Below, in pieces: positions 36,979 to 46,014 of a stretch of 64,000 nucleotides of DNA. A model generated the notes under the pieces. That model searched no databases and was not told the DNA's origin. It worked only from the letters and a program-made list of their open reading frames with translations. Location of the stretch: contig JAZQLQ010000011.1 of NCBI GenBank assembly GCA_045542735.1, forward strand, positions 38,404 to 102,403, given 5' to 3'. Positions within the stretch are counted from its first letter, which is position 1; each line of letters opens with the position of its first letter. The stretch comes from Lachnospiraceae bacterium (GTDB lineage Bacteria; Bacillota; Clostridia; Lachnospirales; Lachnospiraceae). Both the position numbers and the translations under genes were made by a program.

Positions 36979-38509
36979 CGATATTGTTTGCTGTATCATC
37001 CGCTGTTTTATCTGTTGCCTTTTCGTCTTCTTGACGCAAACGGAAACTGATTTTAGCCAGACGATACATTTTATCGACAATCGCATCATCAAACTGTCCC
37101 GGAAGCAGTCTCCACTTCCAGTTCTCACCAAGTGTGGAGGGCTCATTAATGCGTGCCGCATTATCAAGCTCCAGATAATCCTGAATGGGAATAATGGCTG
37201 TTTCCGACACACTCAAAAGCGCCAGTCTCATCAATTCTTCCACAATTCCCTTACTGGTCTTACAATTGCAATACTCTCTCACAAAGCGCTTATCTTTGCG
37301 GGATAAATTGTTGTACCAGCCAAGCGCTGTTTCATTATCGTGGGTTCCTGTATACACAATGGTATTTTGCTTATGGTGATGAGGAAGATAATCATTATCC
37401 TCATAATTGCCAAAAGCAAACTCAATAATCTTCATACCCGGATAACCGGTTTTTGCTACCAATTCCCGTACTTCGTCAGTTAAAAAGCCCAAATCCTCTG
37501 CAATAACTTCGCGCTCGCCCATAACTGCTTCCATGCGCTCAAACAAGTCATAGCCGGGTCCCGGCTCCCAATGACCAAACTCCGCCGTAGGATCACCATA
37601 GGGAATGGCATAATAAGACTCAAAGCCTCGGAAATGATCAATACGCACCACATCATAGAGCTCATAGCAATATGCAATACGCTCCATCCACCAGTCAAAC
37701 TGTGTATGCTTATGATATGACCAATTATATAATGGATTACCCCAAAGCTGGCCGGTAGCACAAAAACAATCCGGCGGACAGCCTGCTACCGCAATGGGGA
37801 AGCCGTCTTCATCCAACTGGAATAGCAAGGGATTCGCCCAAGTATCCGCACTGTCAAAAGCTACATAAATGGGAATATCACCGATAATCTCAATTCCCTG
37901 CTCATTAGCATACAGTTTTAAAGCTCTCCACTGTTTCTTAAAATAAAACTGCATAAACTTATAAAAATCAATCTCTTTTGCCAGACTCTTTTTATATTTG
38001 ATAATAGCCTTTTCCTTACGCAAACGGATATCTTCGTCCCATTCCGTATAAGCTTTTCCGCCAAAATGGTCCTTCACTGCCATAAATAAGGCATAGTCAT
38101 CCAGCCAAAAACCATTTTTTCGCAAAAATTTGGCATAATCCATATCTTCTTCTGCATCAAATCTTGCAAAAGCAAGTCGCAAAACCTTATATCGGCTGTA
38201 ATACATTTTCTCATAATCAATGTATGCCGGATGGTCACATACCTCTACAAGCTCGCATTCTTCAGGAGTCAGCAGACCTTCTTCACACAAAAATTCCAAA
38301 TCAATAAAGTACGGATTTCCTGCAAAAGTGGAAAAAGACTGGTAGGGGGAATCCCCATACCCAGTCTGTCCCAAAGGCAGAATCTGCCAATAGCTCTGTC
38401 CTGCCTTTTTTAATTTGTCTACAAACTCATATGCACTTTTTCCCAGTGTTCCGATACCATAAGGTGAGGGTAAACTGAACACGGGACATAAAACGCCACA
38501 TTTTCTCAT
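36950..38509 (-). CDS. malQ: 4-alpha-glucanotransferase (amylomaltase, GH77)
   Basis: The N-terminus GVLCPVFSLPSPYGIGTLG and the IDHFRGF and GTHDN motifs. Confidence 0.92.
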   Translation of the reverse strand: MRKCGVLCPVFSLPSPYGIGTLGKSAYEFVDKLKKAGQSYWQILPLGQTGYGDSPYQSFSTFAGNPYFIDLEFLCEEGLLTPEECELVEVCDHPAYIDYEKMYYSRYKVLRLAFARFDAEEDMDYAKFLRKNGFWLDDYALFMAVKDHFGGKAYTEWDEDIRLRKEKAIIKYKKSLAKEIDFYKFMQFYFKKQWRALKLYANEQGIEIIGDIPIYVAFDSADTWANPLLFQLDEDGFPIAVAGCPPDCFCATGQLWGNPLYNWSYHKHTQFDWWMERIAYCYELYDVVRIDHFRGFESYYAIPYGDPTAEFGHWEPGPGYDLFERMEAVMGEREVIAEDLGFLTDEVRELVAKTGYPGMKIIEFAFGNYEDNDYLPHHHKQNTIVYTGTHDNETALGWYNNLSRKDKRFVREYCNCKTSKGIVEELMRLALLSVSETAIIPIQDYLELDNAARINEPSTLGENWKWRLLPGQFDDAIVDKMYRLAKISFRLRQEDEKATDKTADDTANNIAMTLDLDQK

Positions 38510-38520
38510 AGTAAACCTTC

Positions 38521-40818
38521 TTATTTTAATTTCCAGATATCTCTGTTGTAATCACTGATGGTACGGTCAGATGAGAAGAAACCTGCTTTTGCAATGTTTA
38601 CAAGCATCATCTTTTTCCATTTTTCGCGATCTTTATAATCCTCAAACATACGGTCTTTGGTCAACACATAATCTCTAAAGTCAAGCAATGTCATAAACCA
38701 GTCTTTGTTTAACAATTCATTATAAAGACGCTCTAAGTTCTCTTTATCACCAACTGCCAATACTTCATCACTGATGATAAAGTCAACAGCCTCTTTGATC
38801 ATCGGATCGTTTTCATAGTATTTTTTGGATACATAATCAGCTTTTTCATAGTGAGCAATAACGGTCTCGGATTTTTCACCAAAGATATAGATGTTATCAT
38901 CACCAACCAACTCGTGGATCTCTACGTTGGCACCGTCGGATGTACCAAGTGTAACCGCACCGTTTAACATAAACTTCATATTACCGGTACCGGAAGCTTC
39001 CTTACTAGCCAATGAAATCTGTTCGGAAATATCACAAGCAGGGATTAATTTCTCAGCATAGCTTACGTTGTAGTTTTCTACCATCAATACCTGCATATAA
39101 GGTGCTACATCAGGATCGTTGTTTACGATTTCCTGTAAGCAAAGGATCAAATGAATAATATCCTGTGCAATGACATAGGCCGGAGCTGCTTTCGCACCAA
39201 AGATAAATGTCAAAGGTGTGGAAGGCTTTTTGCCGCCTTTAATCTCCAGATATTTATGGATGATATACAAAGCATTCATCTGCTGACGTTTGTACTCATG
39301 CAATCTCTTAATCTGAATATCAAAGATAGACTCTGTATTTAAGGTCACACCTTCTGCTTCTTTTACATACGCCGCAAGTTCTTCTTTTTTCTGTTTCTTA
39401 ATAGTTTCAATCTGATTCAAGAAATGTGCATCAGTTGTCTTGGAAAGTAATTTTTCCAACTCAGCAGCATCTTTCTTATAACCTTCACCAATGGTATCGG
39501 TGATTAATTTTGCCAAAGGTCTGTTACAAGATAACAGCCATCTACGGAAGGTGATACCGTTTGTCTTGTTGTTGAACTTCTCAGGATAAATCTTGTAGAA
39601 TGCATTTAACTCTGTATCCTTCAAGATCTCAGTATGGATAGCTGCAACACCATTTACGGAGAAACCGTAGTGGATGTCGATATGAGCCATGTGTACTCTC
39701 TCATCTGCATCGATAATCTGTACTTTCTCATCCTCATATTTTGCAGCCACACGTTTATCCAACTCTTTGATAATCGGTACGAGCTGGGGAACAACCTTTT
39801 CTAAATATTTGAGAGGCCACTTCTCCAAAGCTTCCGCTAAGATTGTATGGTTGGTGTATGCACAAGTCTTGCTTACCACCTCAATGGCTTCATCCATAGT
39901 AAATGCTTTCTCATCTACCAGGATACGGATTAACTCCGGAATTACCATAGTAGGATGTGTATCATTAATCTGGATTACCGCATGATCATACATCTTGCGA
40001 AGATCCACTTTTTTCTCTTTTAACTCTTTTAAAATGAACTGAGCCGCATTGCTTACCATAAAGTACTGCTGATAAATACGCAACAAGTTACCTGCCTCAT
40101 CAGAATCATCGGGATAAAGGAATAAAGTCAGATTCTTTGCAATATCCTCTTTATCAAAATCAATGCCTTCTTTTACAATGCTTTCGTCAATGCTCTCTAC
40201 ATCAAACAAACGCAATTTATTGACGCCATTGTCATAACCAATCACGTCGATATCGTAAAGACGGGATTTTACTGTCAAATCACCAAAAGGAATTTCGAAA
40301 GATACATCAGTCTTGTTTAACCAGCCTTCTTCCTCAATCCAGTCATTTTTCTCTGCTGTCTGCTTTCTGTCTTCAAATACCTGCTTGAACAAACCAAAGT
40401 GATAGTTTAAACCGATACCATCACCGGACAATCCCAAGGATGCAATAGAATCCAAGAAACATGCAGCCAGACGGCCAAGACCACCATTACCCAAAGAAGG
40501 TTCGGGCTCTGCGTCCTCAATCTTGGAAAGTTCTTTTCCGTATTTCTTTAAAATATCCTCTAATTTATCGTATACACCAAGGTTGATTAAGTTGTTGGAC
40601 AACAATTTACCAATCAAGAACTCTGCGGAAATATAATATACCTTTTTAGAACCCGCAATCGGCTCTGTGGCAGCAGTCAAACCTTTGGTCAACTGTAACA
40701 GACCATAATAAAGCTCTTTATCTGTGCATGCTTCAATACTCTTACCGTATTTTACATTCAGAATTTCCTTTAACTGTTCTTCCATTTTGGCTTCAATAAT
40801 TTCTCTTTGTAAAGTCAT
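38521..40818 (-). CDS. glgP: glycogen/maltodextrin phosphorylase (GT35)
   Basis: PLP-lysine region [16 protein letters not shown] set the start at MTLQREII (40818), which has a GGAGGAAG RBS. The longer ORF-track N-terminus runs into tRNA-Leu and is an artefact. Confidence 0.95.
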   Translation of the reverse strand: MTLQREIIEAKMEEQLKEILNVKYGKSIEACTDKELYYGLLQLTKGLTAATEPIAGSKKVYYISAEFLIGKLLSNNLINLGVYDKLEDILKKYGKELSKIEDAEPEPSLGNGGLGRLAACFLDSIASLGLSGDGIGLNYHFGLFKQVFEDRKQTAEKNDWIEEEGWLNKTDVSFEIPFGDLTVKSRLYDIDVIGYDNGVNKLRLFDVESIDESIVKEGIDFDKEDIAKNLTLFLYPDDSDEAGNLLRIYQQYFMVSNAAQFILKELKEKKVDLRKMYDHAVIQINDTHPTMVIPELIRILVDEKAFTMDEAIEVVSKTCAYTNHTILAEALEKWPLKYLEKVVPQLVPIIKELDKRVAAKYEDEKVQIIDADERVHMAHIDIHYGFSVNGVAAIHTEILKDTELNAFYKIYPEKFNNKTNGITFRRWLLSCNRPLAKLITDTIGEGYKKDAAELEKLLSKTTDAHFLNQIETIKKQKKEELAAYVKEAEGVTLNTESIFDIQIKRLHEYKRQQMNALYIIHKYLEIKGGKKPSTPLTFIFGAKAAPAYVIAQDIIHLILCLQEIVNNDPDVAPYMQVLMVENYNVSYAEKLIPACDISEQISLASKEASGTGNMKFMLNGAVTLGTSDGANVEIHELVGDDNIYIFGEKSETVIAHYEKADYVSKKYYENDPMIKEAVDFIISDEVLAVGDKENLERLYNELLNKDWFMTLLDFRDYVLTKDRMFEDYKDREKWKKMMLVNIAKAGFFSSDRTISDYNRDIWKLK

Positions 40819-40910
40819 GAAACTTCCTCCATAAATCCTAACAATTTGGTATCTGTTTCCAGATACACGTTCTACAAAATTGTACAACAAAAGGGCGTTC
40901 TTGTAAACCG

Positions 40911-40935
40911 CCCTTTTGACTGCGGATGACAGGAC
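40911..40935 (-). terminator. terminator of the tRNA operon
   Basis: Stem aagggcg/cgccctt just 3' of tRNA-Leu, followed on the minus strand by TTGTTGT. Confidence 0.5.
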
Positions 40936-40940
40936 TTGAA

Positions 40941-41021
40941 CCTGCACGTCGGGGACACCAGAACCTAAATCTGGCGCGTCTGCCAATTCCGCCACATCCG
41001 CATACTACATATAAAATTGTA
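40941..41021 (-). tRNA. tRNA-Leu (anticodon UAG), long variable arm
   Basis: Hand-folded cloverleaf with acceptor GCGGATG/CATCCGC, anticodon loop ttTAGgt and T-arm GGTTCAAGTCC. No encoded CCA. Confidence 0.9.
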
Positions 41022-41086
41022 ATACTTAGTAAAAAAACGGCAAACATGCTGTCTACCGTTCTTTCGTGAGCCACCGGGGACTCGAA

Positions 41087-41159
41087 CCCCGGACAACTTG
41101 ATTAAAAGTCAAGTGCTCTACCACCTGAGCTAGTGGCCCTTATTAACTGGGCTAGCTGG
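41087..41159 (-). tRNA. tRNA-Lys (anticodon UUU)
   Basis: Acceptor GGGCCAC, anticodon loop ctTTTaa, T-arm GGTTCGAGTCC. Confidence 0.9.
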
Positions 41160-41166
41160 ATTCGAA

Positions 41167-41238
41167 CCAGCGAATGCAGGAGTCAAAGTCCTGTGCCTTA
41201 CCGCTTGGCGATAGCCCATTGATAATTAAAAGGTGGAT
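41167..41238 (-). tRNA. tRNA-Gln (anticodon UUG)
   Basis: The 5' end TGGGCTATCGCCAAGCGGTAAGGCA resembles bacterial tRNA-Gln, and the anticodon loop is ctTTGac. Confidence 0.9.
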
Positions 41239-41251
41239 AAAGGGATTCGAA

Positions 41252-41326
41252 CCCTTGGCCTCCAGAGCCACAATCTGGCGCGCTAACCAACTGCGCTATA
41301 CCCACCACGTATCAATTGGAGAATTT
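41252..41326 (-). tRNA. tRNA-His (anticodon GUG) with an encoded G-1
   Basis: An extra 5' G opposite the discriminator C. Anticodon loop ttGTGgc. Confidence 0.9.
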
Positions 41327-41356
41327 GAACTCCTAATGTGCCCAAAGGGATTCGAA

Positions 41357-41430
<74 letters not shown>

Positions 41431-41473
41431 AATTATCACAGATAAATCTGTGAAGCGGGTGATGGGAATCGAA

Positions 41474-41544
41474 CCCACGTATCCAGCTTGGAAGGCTGGT
41501 GTTCTACCATTGAACTACACCCGCACATTCATCGGGGTGACAGG
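41474..41544 (-). tRNA. tRNA-Gly (anticodon UCC)
   Basis: Acceptor GCGGGTG, anticodon loop ctTCCaa. Confidence 0.9.
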
Positions 41545-41551
41545 ATTCGAA

Positions 41552-41626
41552 CCTGCGACCTCCTGGTCCCAAACCAGGCGCTCTAGCCAAGCTGAGCCAC
41601 ACCCCGTCACGCACCCTTAAAATATG
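41552..41626 (-). tRNA. tRNA-Pro (anticodon UGG)
   Basis: Acceptor CGGGGTG, anticodon loop ttTGGga. Confidence 0.9.
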
Positions 41627-41662
41627 CATATAATAGCGTTTTTTAATCACAACGCAAGTCAT

Positions 41663-41691
41663 ATTATATTATACGCTTTTTTAGTTGTCAA
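41663..41691 (-). promoter_or_regulatory. consensus sigma-A promoter of the 7-tRNA operon
   Basis: On the minus strand, TTGACA (41691-41686) - 17 nt - TATAAT (41668-41663), with an A-rich upstream tract. Confidence 0.6.
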
Positions 41692-41723
41692 CTACTTTTT
41701 TTAAATATTCCGCTATAATTCCC

Positions 41724-42203
41724 TTATAAATACTCCAGACAAAAATCCATGTTACCTGCTTCATCTATTTCCATAATAATATAAGAGGGTCTGCGGCCTT
41801 CCTGCCTGGGATATGTGAGGCTACCCGGATTTAATACAACAATCCCAAAACGTCGGTCAATCACCGGTCTATGGGTATGTCCATACATCACCACATCCAC
41901 ACCTCTTGCCAGCGCCTCATCACGCAACAATTCATGTCCATTATGCACGTTATAATAGTGACCATGAGTCACCATAATGTGCTTTCCTTTAATTTCCATT
42001 TCCGCTTCCCTTGGCAAATCAGAAAAGAAATCATTATTGCCCATAACAATGGTCAAAGGACATCCTGCTGCCTCTTCTATGACATATTCACTGCCTTCTG
42101 CATCACCACAATGGATGACCATATCGATATCTTCTACTTTTTCCAATACCCTGAAATAATTATCATTTTGTCTGTGGGTATCACTTACAATTAAAACTCT
42201 CAT
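41724..42203 (-). CDS. YfcE/YsnB-family metallophosphoesterase
   Basis: Motifs SDTH, GDAEG, GNND and HGH...GHTH. Confidence 0.85.
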   Translation of the reverse strand: MRVLIVSDTHRQNDNYFRVLEKVEDIDMVIHCGDAEGSEYVIEEAAGCPLTIVMGNNDFFSDLPREAEMEIKGKHIMVTHGHYYNVHNGHELLRDEALARGVDVVMYGHTHRPVIDRRFGIVVLNPGSLTYPRQEGRRPSYIIMEIDEAGNMDFCLEYL

Positions 42204-42214
42204 AAAAACTCTTC

Positions 42215-42808
42215 TTAAATTCTCTTCTGTAATTCTTCCTGCATCATACGAAGCGCTTTTCCCCTATGGCTAACCGCATTTTTTTGCTCCGGTGAAATCT
42301 CTGCACTGCTGGCTCCAAACTCCGGCAAATAAAAGATGGGATCATAACCGAATCCATTTTCTCCTGCCAATTGATATCCGATAATCCCCTCCATGACACC
42401 TTCGGTTTCAACAATCTCTCCGTCAGGCATCACAGCTGCCATAGCACAAACAAATCGGGCACTTCTATCTTTCTCCGGCACACCTTCCATGCGTTCCAAC
42501 AAGTTATGATTTTTGATATCATAAGAGGTATCCTCTCCCATATATCTCGCCGAATAAATGCCGGGCTCTCCATTTAAATAATCAATCACCAGTCCCGAAT
42601 CATCTGCCAACACAATTTTATCTGTATGTTTTGCAATGGTAGTGGCCTTAATAATGGCATTTTCCATAAAGGTCTTGCCATCTTCAATTACTTCCACATC
42701 AATACCCGCTTCCTTCAATGTCTGTACATGTACATCCATATCCGCAAACATCATCGCCACTTCTCTTGCTTTTCCTGCATTGCCTGTTGCAAAAATTATC
42801 TCTGTCAT
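42215..42808 (-). CDS. rdgB: non-canonical purine NTP (dITP/XTP) pyrophosphatase RdgB
   Basis: Ham1 motifs ATGNAGK and FGYDPIF. Confidence 0.9.
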   Translation of the reverse strand: MTEIIFATGNAGKAREVAMMFADMDVHVQTLKEAGIDVEVIEDGKTFMENAIIKATTIAKHTDKIVLADDSGLVIDYLNGEPGIYSARYMGEDTSYDIKNHNLLERMEGVPEKDRSARFVCAMAAVMPDGEIVETEGVMEGIIGYQLAGENGFGYDPIFYLPEFGASSAEISPEQKNAVSHRGKALRMMQEELQKRI

Positions 42809-43725
42809 TCTTCTGTCTCCTGATACTGTTCTGTCATAACTGTAATCACGACATTTTCAATGCCGTTACCAAAGGACGCCAGACTCTCTCTCATATCTGT
42901 TTCCGGCGGCACATTGACTTTTCCCACAATTTTTACTGCCGGAAGCATGGCTTCAGCCAGGCCGTGATTATCTGTCTTCACGCTTTTCACACAATCACTG
43001 CCATATATTTTGGCAAGTCCCGCTTCCAACAACTCCGCCAGGCTTTTGCTGTCAAAATCCGGAATGAAAAAGTCATCATTATAATAAATCGTAATCTGAT
43101 TTTGCTCCGATGTTGCCTCTACAGACAAAGAAATAAAATAATCCGCCCGCACATCATTAGCAGCCATCACATCACCATTTAACAAGCATTTTACATTTTG
43201 CTTTTCCCAATCAGTAAACTTGCTATCATCGGAAAAACCGTCCAACACAATCAAATGCTCATAACTATCCATGGGACTTTCCAGGCGAAGACAAATGTCC
43301 CCTCCCATTTGACGCACCTCTGTCACATAAATATCCTTTAAGGAAAAGCGCAATCTGGTCTCGTCTTCATCCTGCTGATAACGTACCTGGGAAATCTTCT
43401 CTTCATTTCCCTGTACCTGATGATCATAATAGTAATCTTCTTCCAAACCGGACATCACAATTTCAATTGTACGGTCTTTCAGATTTTCTTCTATGTGGAA
43501 CAAATCATTGGTTTCCTGATAAGGGGTTGGGATGACAATATCCCATTCCTTTCCATCCATCGCAACGAAGTAATCTGCTTCAATACGCTCTTCACTTTCT
43601 GTGCCTGCTATCCGATCTTCACTCTCGCCTTTGTGGAACACCACAATATATCCCATAACAACGAGAGAAATGACCAAAAAACAAGCCGCTACAGCAATTA
43701 ATAATTTTTCACCTTTTTCTGTCAT
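42805..43725 (-). CDS. membrane-anchored protein with a degenerate Amidase_3-like C-terminal domain (probably catalytically inactive)
   Basis: N-terminal TM helix. The C-terminal segments align to Amidase_3 blocks, but the Zn ligands are replaced (IVLDGFSDD versus LDPGHGG, and ISLSVEA versus ISIHANA). Both gene ends overlap their neighbours in ATGA. Confidence 0.45.
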   Translation of the reverse strand: MTEKGEKLLIAVAACFLVISLVVMGYIVVFHKGESEDRIAGTESEERIEADYFVAMDGKEWDIVIPTPYQETNDLFHIEENLKDRTIEIVMSGLEEDYYYDHQVQGNEEKISQVRYQQDEDETRLRFSLKDIYVTEVRQMGGDICLRLESPMDSYEHLIVLDGFSDDSKFTDWEKQNVKCLLNGDVMAANDVRADYFISLSVEATSEQNQITIYYNDDFFIPDFDSKSLAELLEAGLAKIYGSDCVKSVKTDNHGLAEAMLPAVKIVGKVNVPPETDMRESLASFGNGIENVVITVMTEQYQETEE

Positions 43726-44873
43726 ACCTTATCTCTCTTGGGCGGTTTCGGCCCCATGTACTGGTAAAAATATGTTTTCAACATGCCATTATAAAGCTTA
43801 CGGTTTTTATCCGCATTTTTCCCGATATCCTTCTGCGCATTCTCATAAGATGTAATCAGATACATAGACCAGGAATCGAGACTGCGATATCGCTCTCCAA
43901 TCATATGGTAAAGCGCCGGCAGATTCTTTTTCTCCTCAATACGCTCGCCGTAAGGCGGATTCGTAATAATGAACCCGTATTTTTTACTATGACTAAGCTG
44001 TTCCAAAGGTCTTGTCTGAAAATGAATCAAATGCTCCACACCGGCAAGCTTTGCATTGGCTCTTGCAATCTTAATCATCTCCGGGTCAATATCATATCCC
44101 TGGATATCCGGTTCTACGTCTGTACGAATCTCTTCACGTGCTTCATCCAGACAATCATACCACATTTTAGACGGAATCAGATGTTTCCAGTCAAAAGCAC
44201 GGAAACTCCGGTTCATGCCGGGTGCAATATTGGCTGCCATCAATGCAGCTTCAATGGGAAAGGTTCCACTTCCGCAAAAAGGGTCTACCAAAATACGGTC
44301 CTTATTCCAGGGAGTCAGCATAATCAATGCCGCTGCCAGATTTTCTGCAATAGGTGCCTTTGCTGTCAACTTGCGATATCCTCTTTTATGTAAGGAATCT
44401 CCGGTTGTATCCAAGCCAACTGTTACTTCATCTTTGTATAAAAATACCCGTACAGGAAAGCTTTCACCTGTCTCATCAAACCAACTGATACCATACACTT
44501 CCGAAAGTCTTTTTACCATGGCTTTTTTCATAATAGACTGAATATCCGAAGGACTGAAAAGTTTACTTTTCACACTGGCTGCCTTTGTCACCCAAAACTT
44601 TCCATCTTTGGGAATATATTCCTCCCAAGGCAGGTTCTTGGTTCCTTCAAATAACTCTTCAAATGTCTCTGCATGAAAACTTCCGATTTTAATCAAAATA
44701 CGCTCTGCACTTCGAAGAAAGATATTGGCTCTGCACACCGCATCTTCATCACCGAGGAAGGTCACACGCCCATCTTCTACCTTGCTGATATCGTATCCTA
44801 AATCAATAATTTCTCTTTTTAATACTGCTTCCAAGCCAAAGTGACAAGGAACAATCAATTCCATTTTTCTCAT
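43722..44873 (-). CDS. THUMP-domain class I SAM-dependent RNA methyltransferase (RlmL/YpsC-like)
   Basis: SAM motif I DPFCGSGT and motif IV NPPYG. Confidence 0.85.
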   Translation of the reverse strand: MRKMELIVPCHFGLEAVLKREIIDLGYDISKVEDGRVTFLGDEDAVCRANIFLRSAERILIKIGSFHAETFEELFEGTKNLPWEEYIPKDGKFWVTKAASVKSKLFSPSDIQSIMKKAMVKRLSEVYGISWFDETGESFPVRVFLYKDEVTVGLDTTGDSLHKRGYRKLTAKAPIAENLAAALIMLTPWNKDRILVDPFCGSGTFPIEAALMAANIAPGMNRSFRAFDWKHLIPSKMWYDCLDEAREEIRTDVEPDIQGYDIDPEMIKIARANAKLAGVEHLIHFQTRPLEQLSHSKKYGFIITNPPYGERIEEKKNLPALYHMIGERYRSLDSWSMYLITSYENAQKDIGKNADKNRKLYNGMLKTYFYQYMGPKPPKRDKV

Positions 44874-44923
44874 AGTCTTATATTAAATTCAAAGAGTGGG
44901 ACTGTCAATCAACTTTTTACAGC

Positions 44924-44957
44924 AAAAGACCGATGCACATCTCATGCACCGGTCCTT
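44924..44957 (-). terminator. terminator of the N/Q-rich protein gene
   Basis: A stem gaccgatgca/tgcaccggtc with 9 of 10 positions paired, followed on the minus strand by TTTTG. Confidence 0.5.
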
Positions 44958-44967
44958 CGTTCAAAAC

Positions 44968-45147
44968 TTAGTAGCAGTTGTCAGCATCTTTGTAGCTGTC
45001 TTTGGAGTTGTTCTGCTGTTTGTTCTGATTGTTCTGTTTGTTGCTCTGGTTGTTCTGGTTGTTGTTCTGGTTCTGACTGTTGTTATAACTGTCCTTAGAG
45101 TTGTTCTGACCAGACTGATTTAATTCGTTGTAATCATTTTTTGCCAT
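44968..45147 (-). CDS. 59-aa asparagine/glutamine-rich small protein (candidate spore protein)
   Basis: An AGGAGGAACAAGAAT RBS precedes the ATG at 45147. The sequence is MAKNDYNELNQSGQNNSKDSYNNSQNQNNNQNNQSNKQNNQNKQQNNSKDSYKDADNCY, with 30 of 59 residues N or Q. QNNSKDSY occurs twice. Confidence 0.6.
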   Translation of the reverse strand: MAKNDYNELNQSGQNNSKDSYNNSQNQNNNQNNQSNKQNNQNKQQNNSKDSYKDADNCY

Positions 45148-45184
45148 ATTCTTGTTCCTCCTAAATATGATTTGGTTACATTTG

Positions 45185-45213
45185 TAGTATGCCAAGAAGA
45201 AACAAGTTTATTC
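45185..45213 (-). promoter_or_regulatory. sigma-G-like forespore promoter
   Basis: On the minus strand, GAATA (45213-45209) - 17 nt - CATACTA (45191-45185). This matches the Bacillus sigma-G consensus GHATR-17/18-CATXHTA. Confidence 0.45.
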
Positions 45214-45278
45214 ACGTTTACATAAGAATTTCGCAGGATTTTTTTTGGATTTAAATTGTTTTTTTCCACGAAAATCTA

Positions 45279-45307
45279 TTGAAAAAAAGAATCTTATGCC
45301 CTATAAT
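45279..45307 (+). promoter_or_regulatory. orphan near-consensus sigma-A promoter
   Basis: TTGAAA (45279-45284) - 17 nt - TATAAT (45302-45307), on the strand opposite both neighbouring genes. Confidence 0.5.
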
Positions 45308-45313
45308 TTAAAT

Positions 45314-45412
45314 ACGACAGAGCAAATCCCCAATTTTTCTGTCGGTAAACTGATATATTTATTTATACTCCCCGTGAAATCGGCTATCACCCCTGATAGC
45401 CGATTTTCCATT
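45314..45412 (+). ncRNA. candidate ~100-nt small RNA with three CCCC motifs
   Basis: A 5' hairpin (45315-45321 paired with 45338-45344), an AU-rich linker, and a terminator hairpin (45377-45389 paired with 45394-45406) followed by TTTTCC. No ORF with an RBS fits the unit. Confidence 0.45.
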
Positions 45413-45433
45413 TATATTGTATAGTTTTTACAT

Positions 45434-45874
45434 TCATCTGTTGTTCCAAATCTGTACCAAAATCCACACAATCAACAACGGAATCAATATAGGCAGGAAA
45501 AAGCGGATAATGCGAAATACGGTGGACAGTAACAAGCACACCACCAAAATAACGGCAATAACGATCAATATAGTTTTTAACTTTTTGCTAAAACCTGCAT
45601 ATCTTTGCTTCCGATCCGGCAATTCCTCTTCATAAGTACCATATCCTGCCGCATCCTCTTCATCATATATATTATTTCCTTCTGCACTGATAATTGATTT
45701 TGCCAATAAACGGGGATCGCCTAAGGCATCTAAAACTTCTTTCTCAGACTTTCCCTTGCGGATTTCTGTATCAATGTACTGATTATAATAACGGGTAAGC
45801 TCCTGAAGCTTTTCCGGCGAAACCTTTCCGGTCAGATGTCTTTGTAATCCTGTAACGAAATCATATTTGTTCAT
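45434..45874 (-). CDS. DUF1700 (HAAS-type) membrane protein
   Basis: The N-terminus MNKYDFVTGLQRHLTG...EKEVLDALGDPRLLAKSI matches the DUF1700 pattern, and the C-terminus has TM helices. RBS AAAGGAGA. Confidence 0.7.
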   Translation of the reverse strand: MNKYDFVTGLQRHLTGKVSPEKLQELTRYYNQYIDTEIRKGKSEKEVLDALGDPRLLAKSIISAEGNNIYDEEDAAGYGTYEEELPDRKQRYAGFSKKLKTILIVIAVILVVCLLLSTVFRIIRFFLPILIPLLIVWILVQIWNNR

Positions 45875-46014
45875 ATCCCTATTCTCCTTTACATCTGCTA
45901 CTTATTATACAACATTCTTTCGCCCACAATAGTTTTTTTCGAAAAATTTAACATTTGTTTCTATTTTGCTTTATAATATAATTAATTAACACTTCTAATA
46001 TAAAGGAATGGTAA

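Noticed and set aside
40819-40995. 59-codon N-terminal extension of the glgP ORF
   Set aside because: The extension reads through tRNA-Leu and its terminator. A GGAGGAAG RBS precedes the internal ATG at 40818, and that start gives the canonical phosphorylase N-terminus.
44896-45123. 75-aa extremely hydrophobic plus-strand ORF (VLLFVLIVLFVALVVLVVVL...)
   Set aside because: It is the mirror image of the N/Q-rich minus-strand gene, because AAC/CAG codons read as GTT/CTG on the other strand. It has no RBS or promoter, whereas the minus-strand gene has AGGAGG, a sigma-G-like promoter and a terminator.
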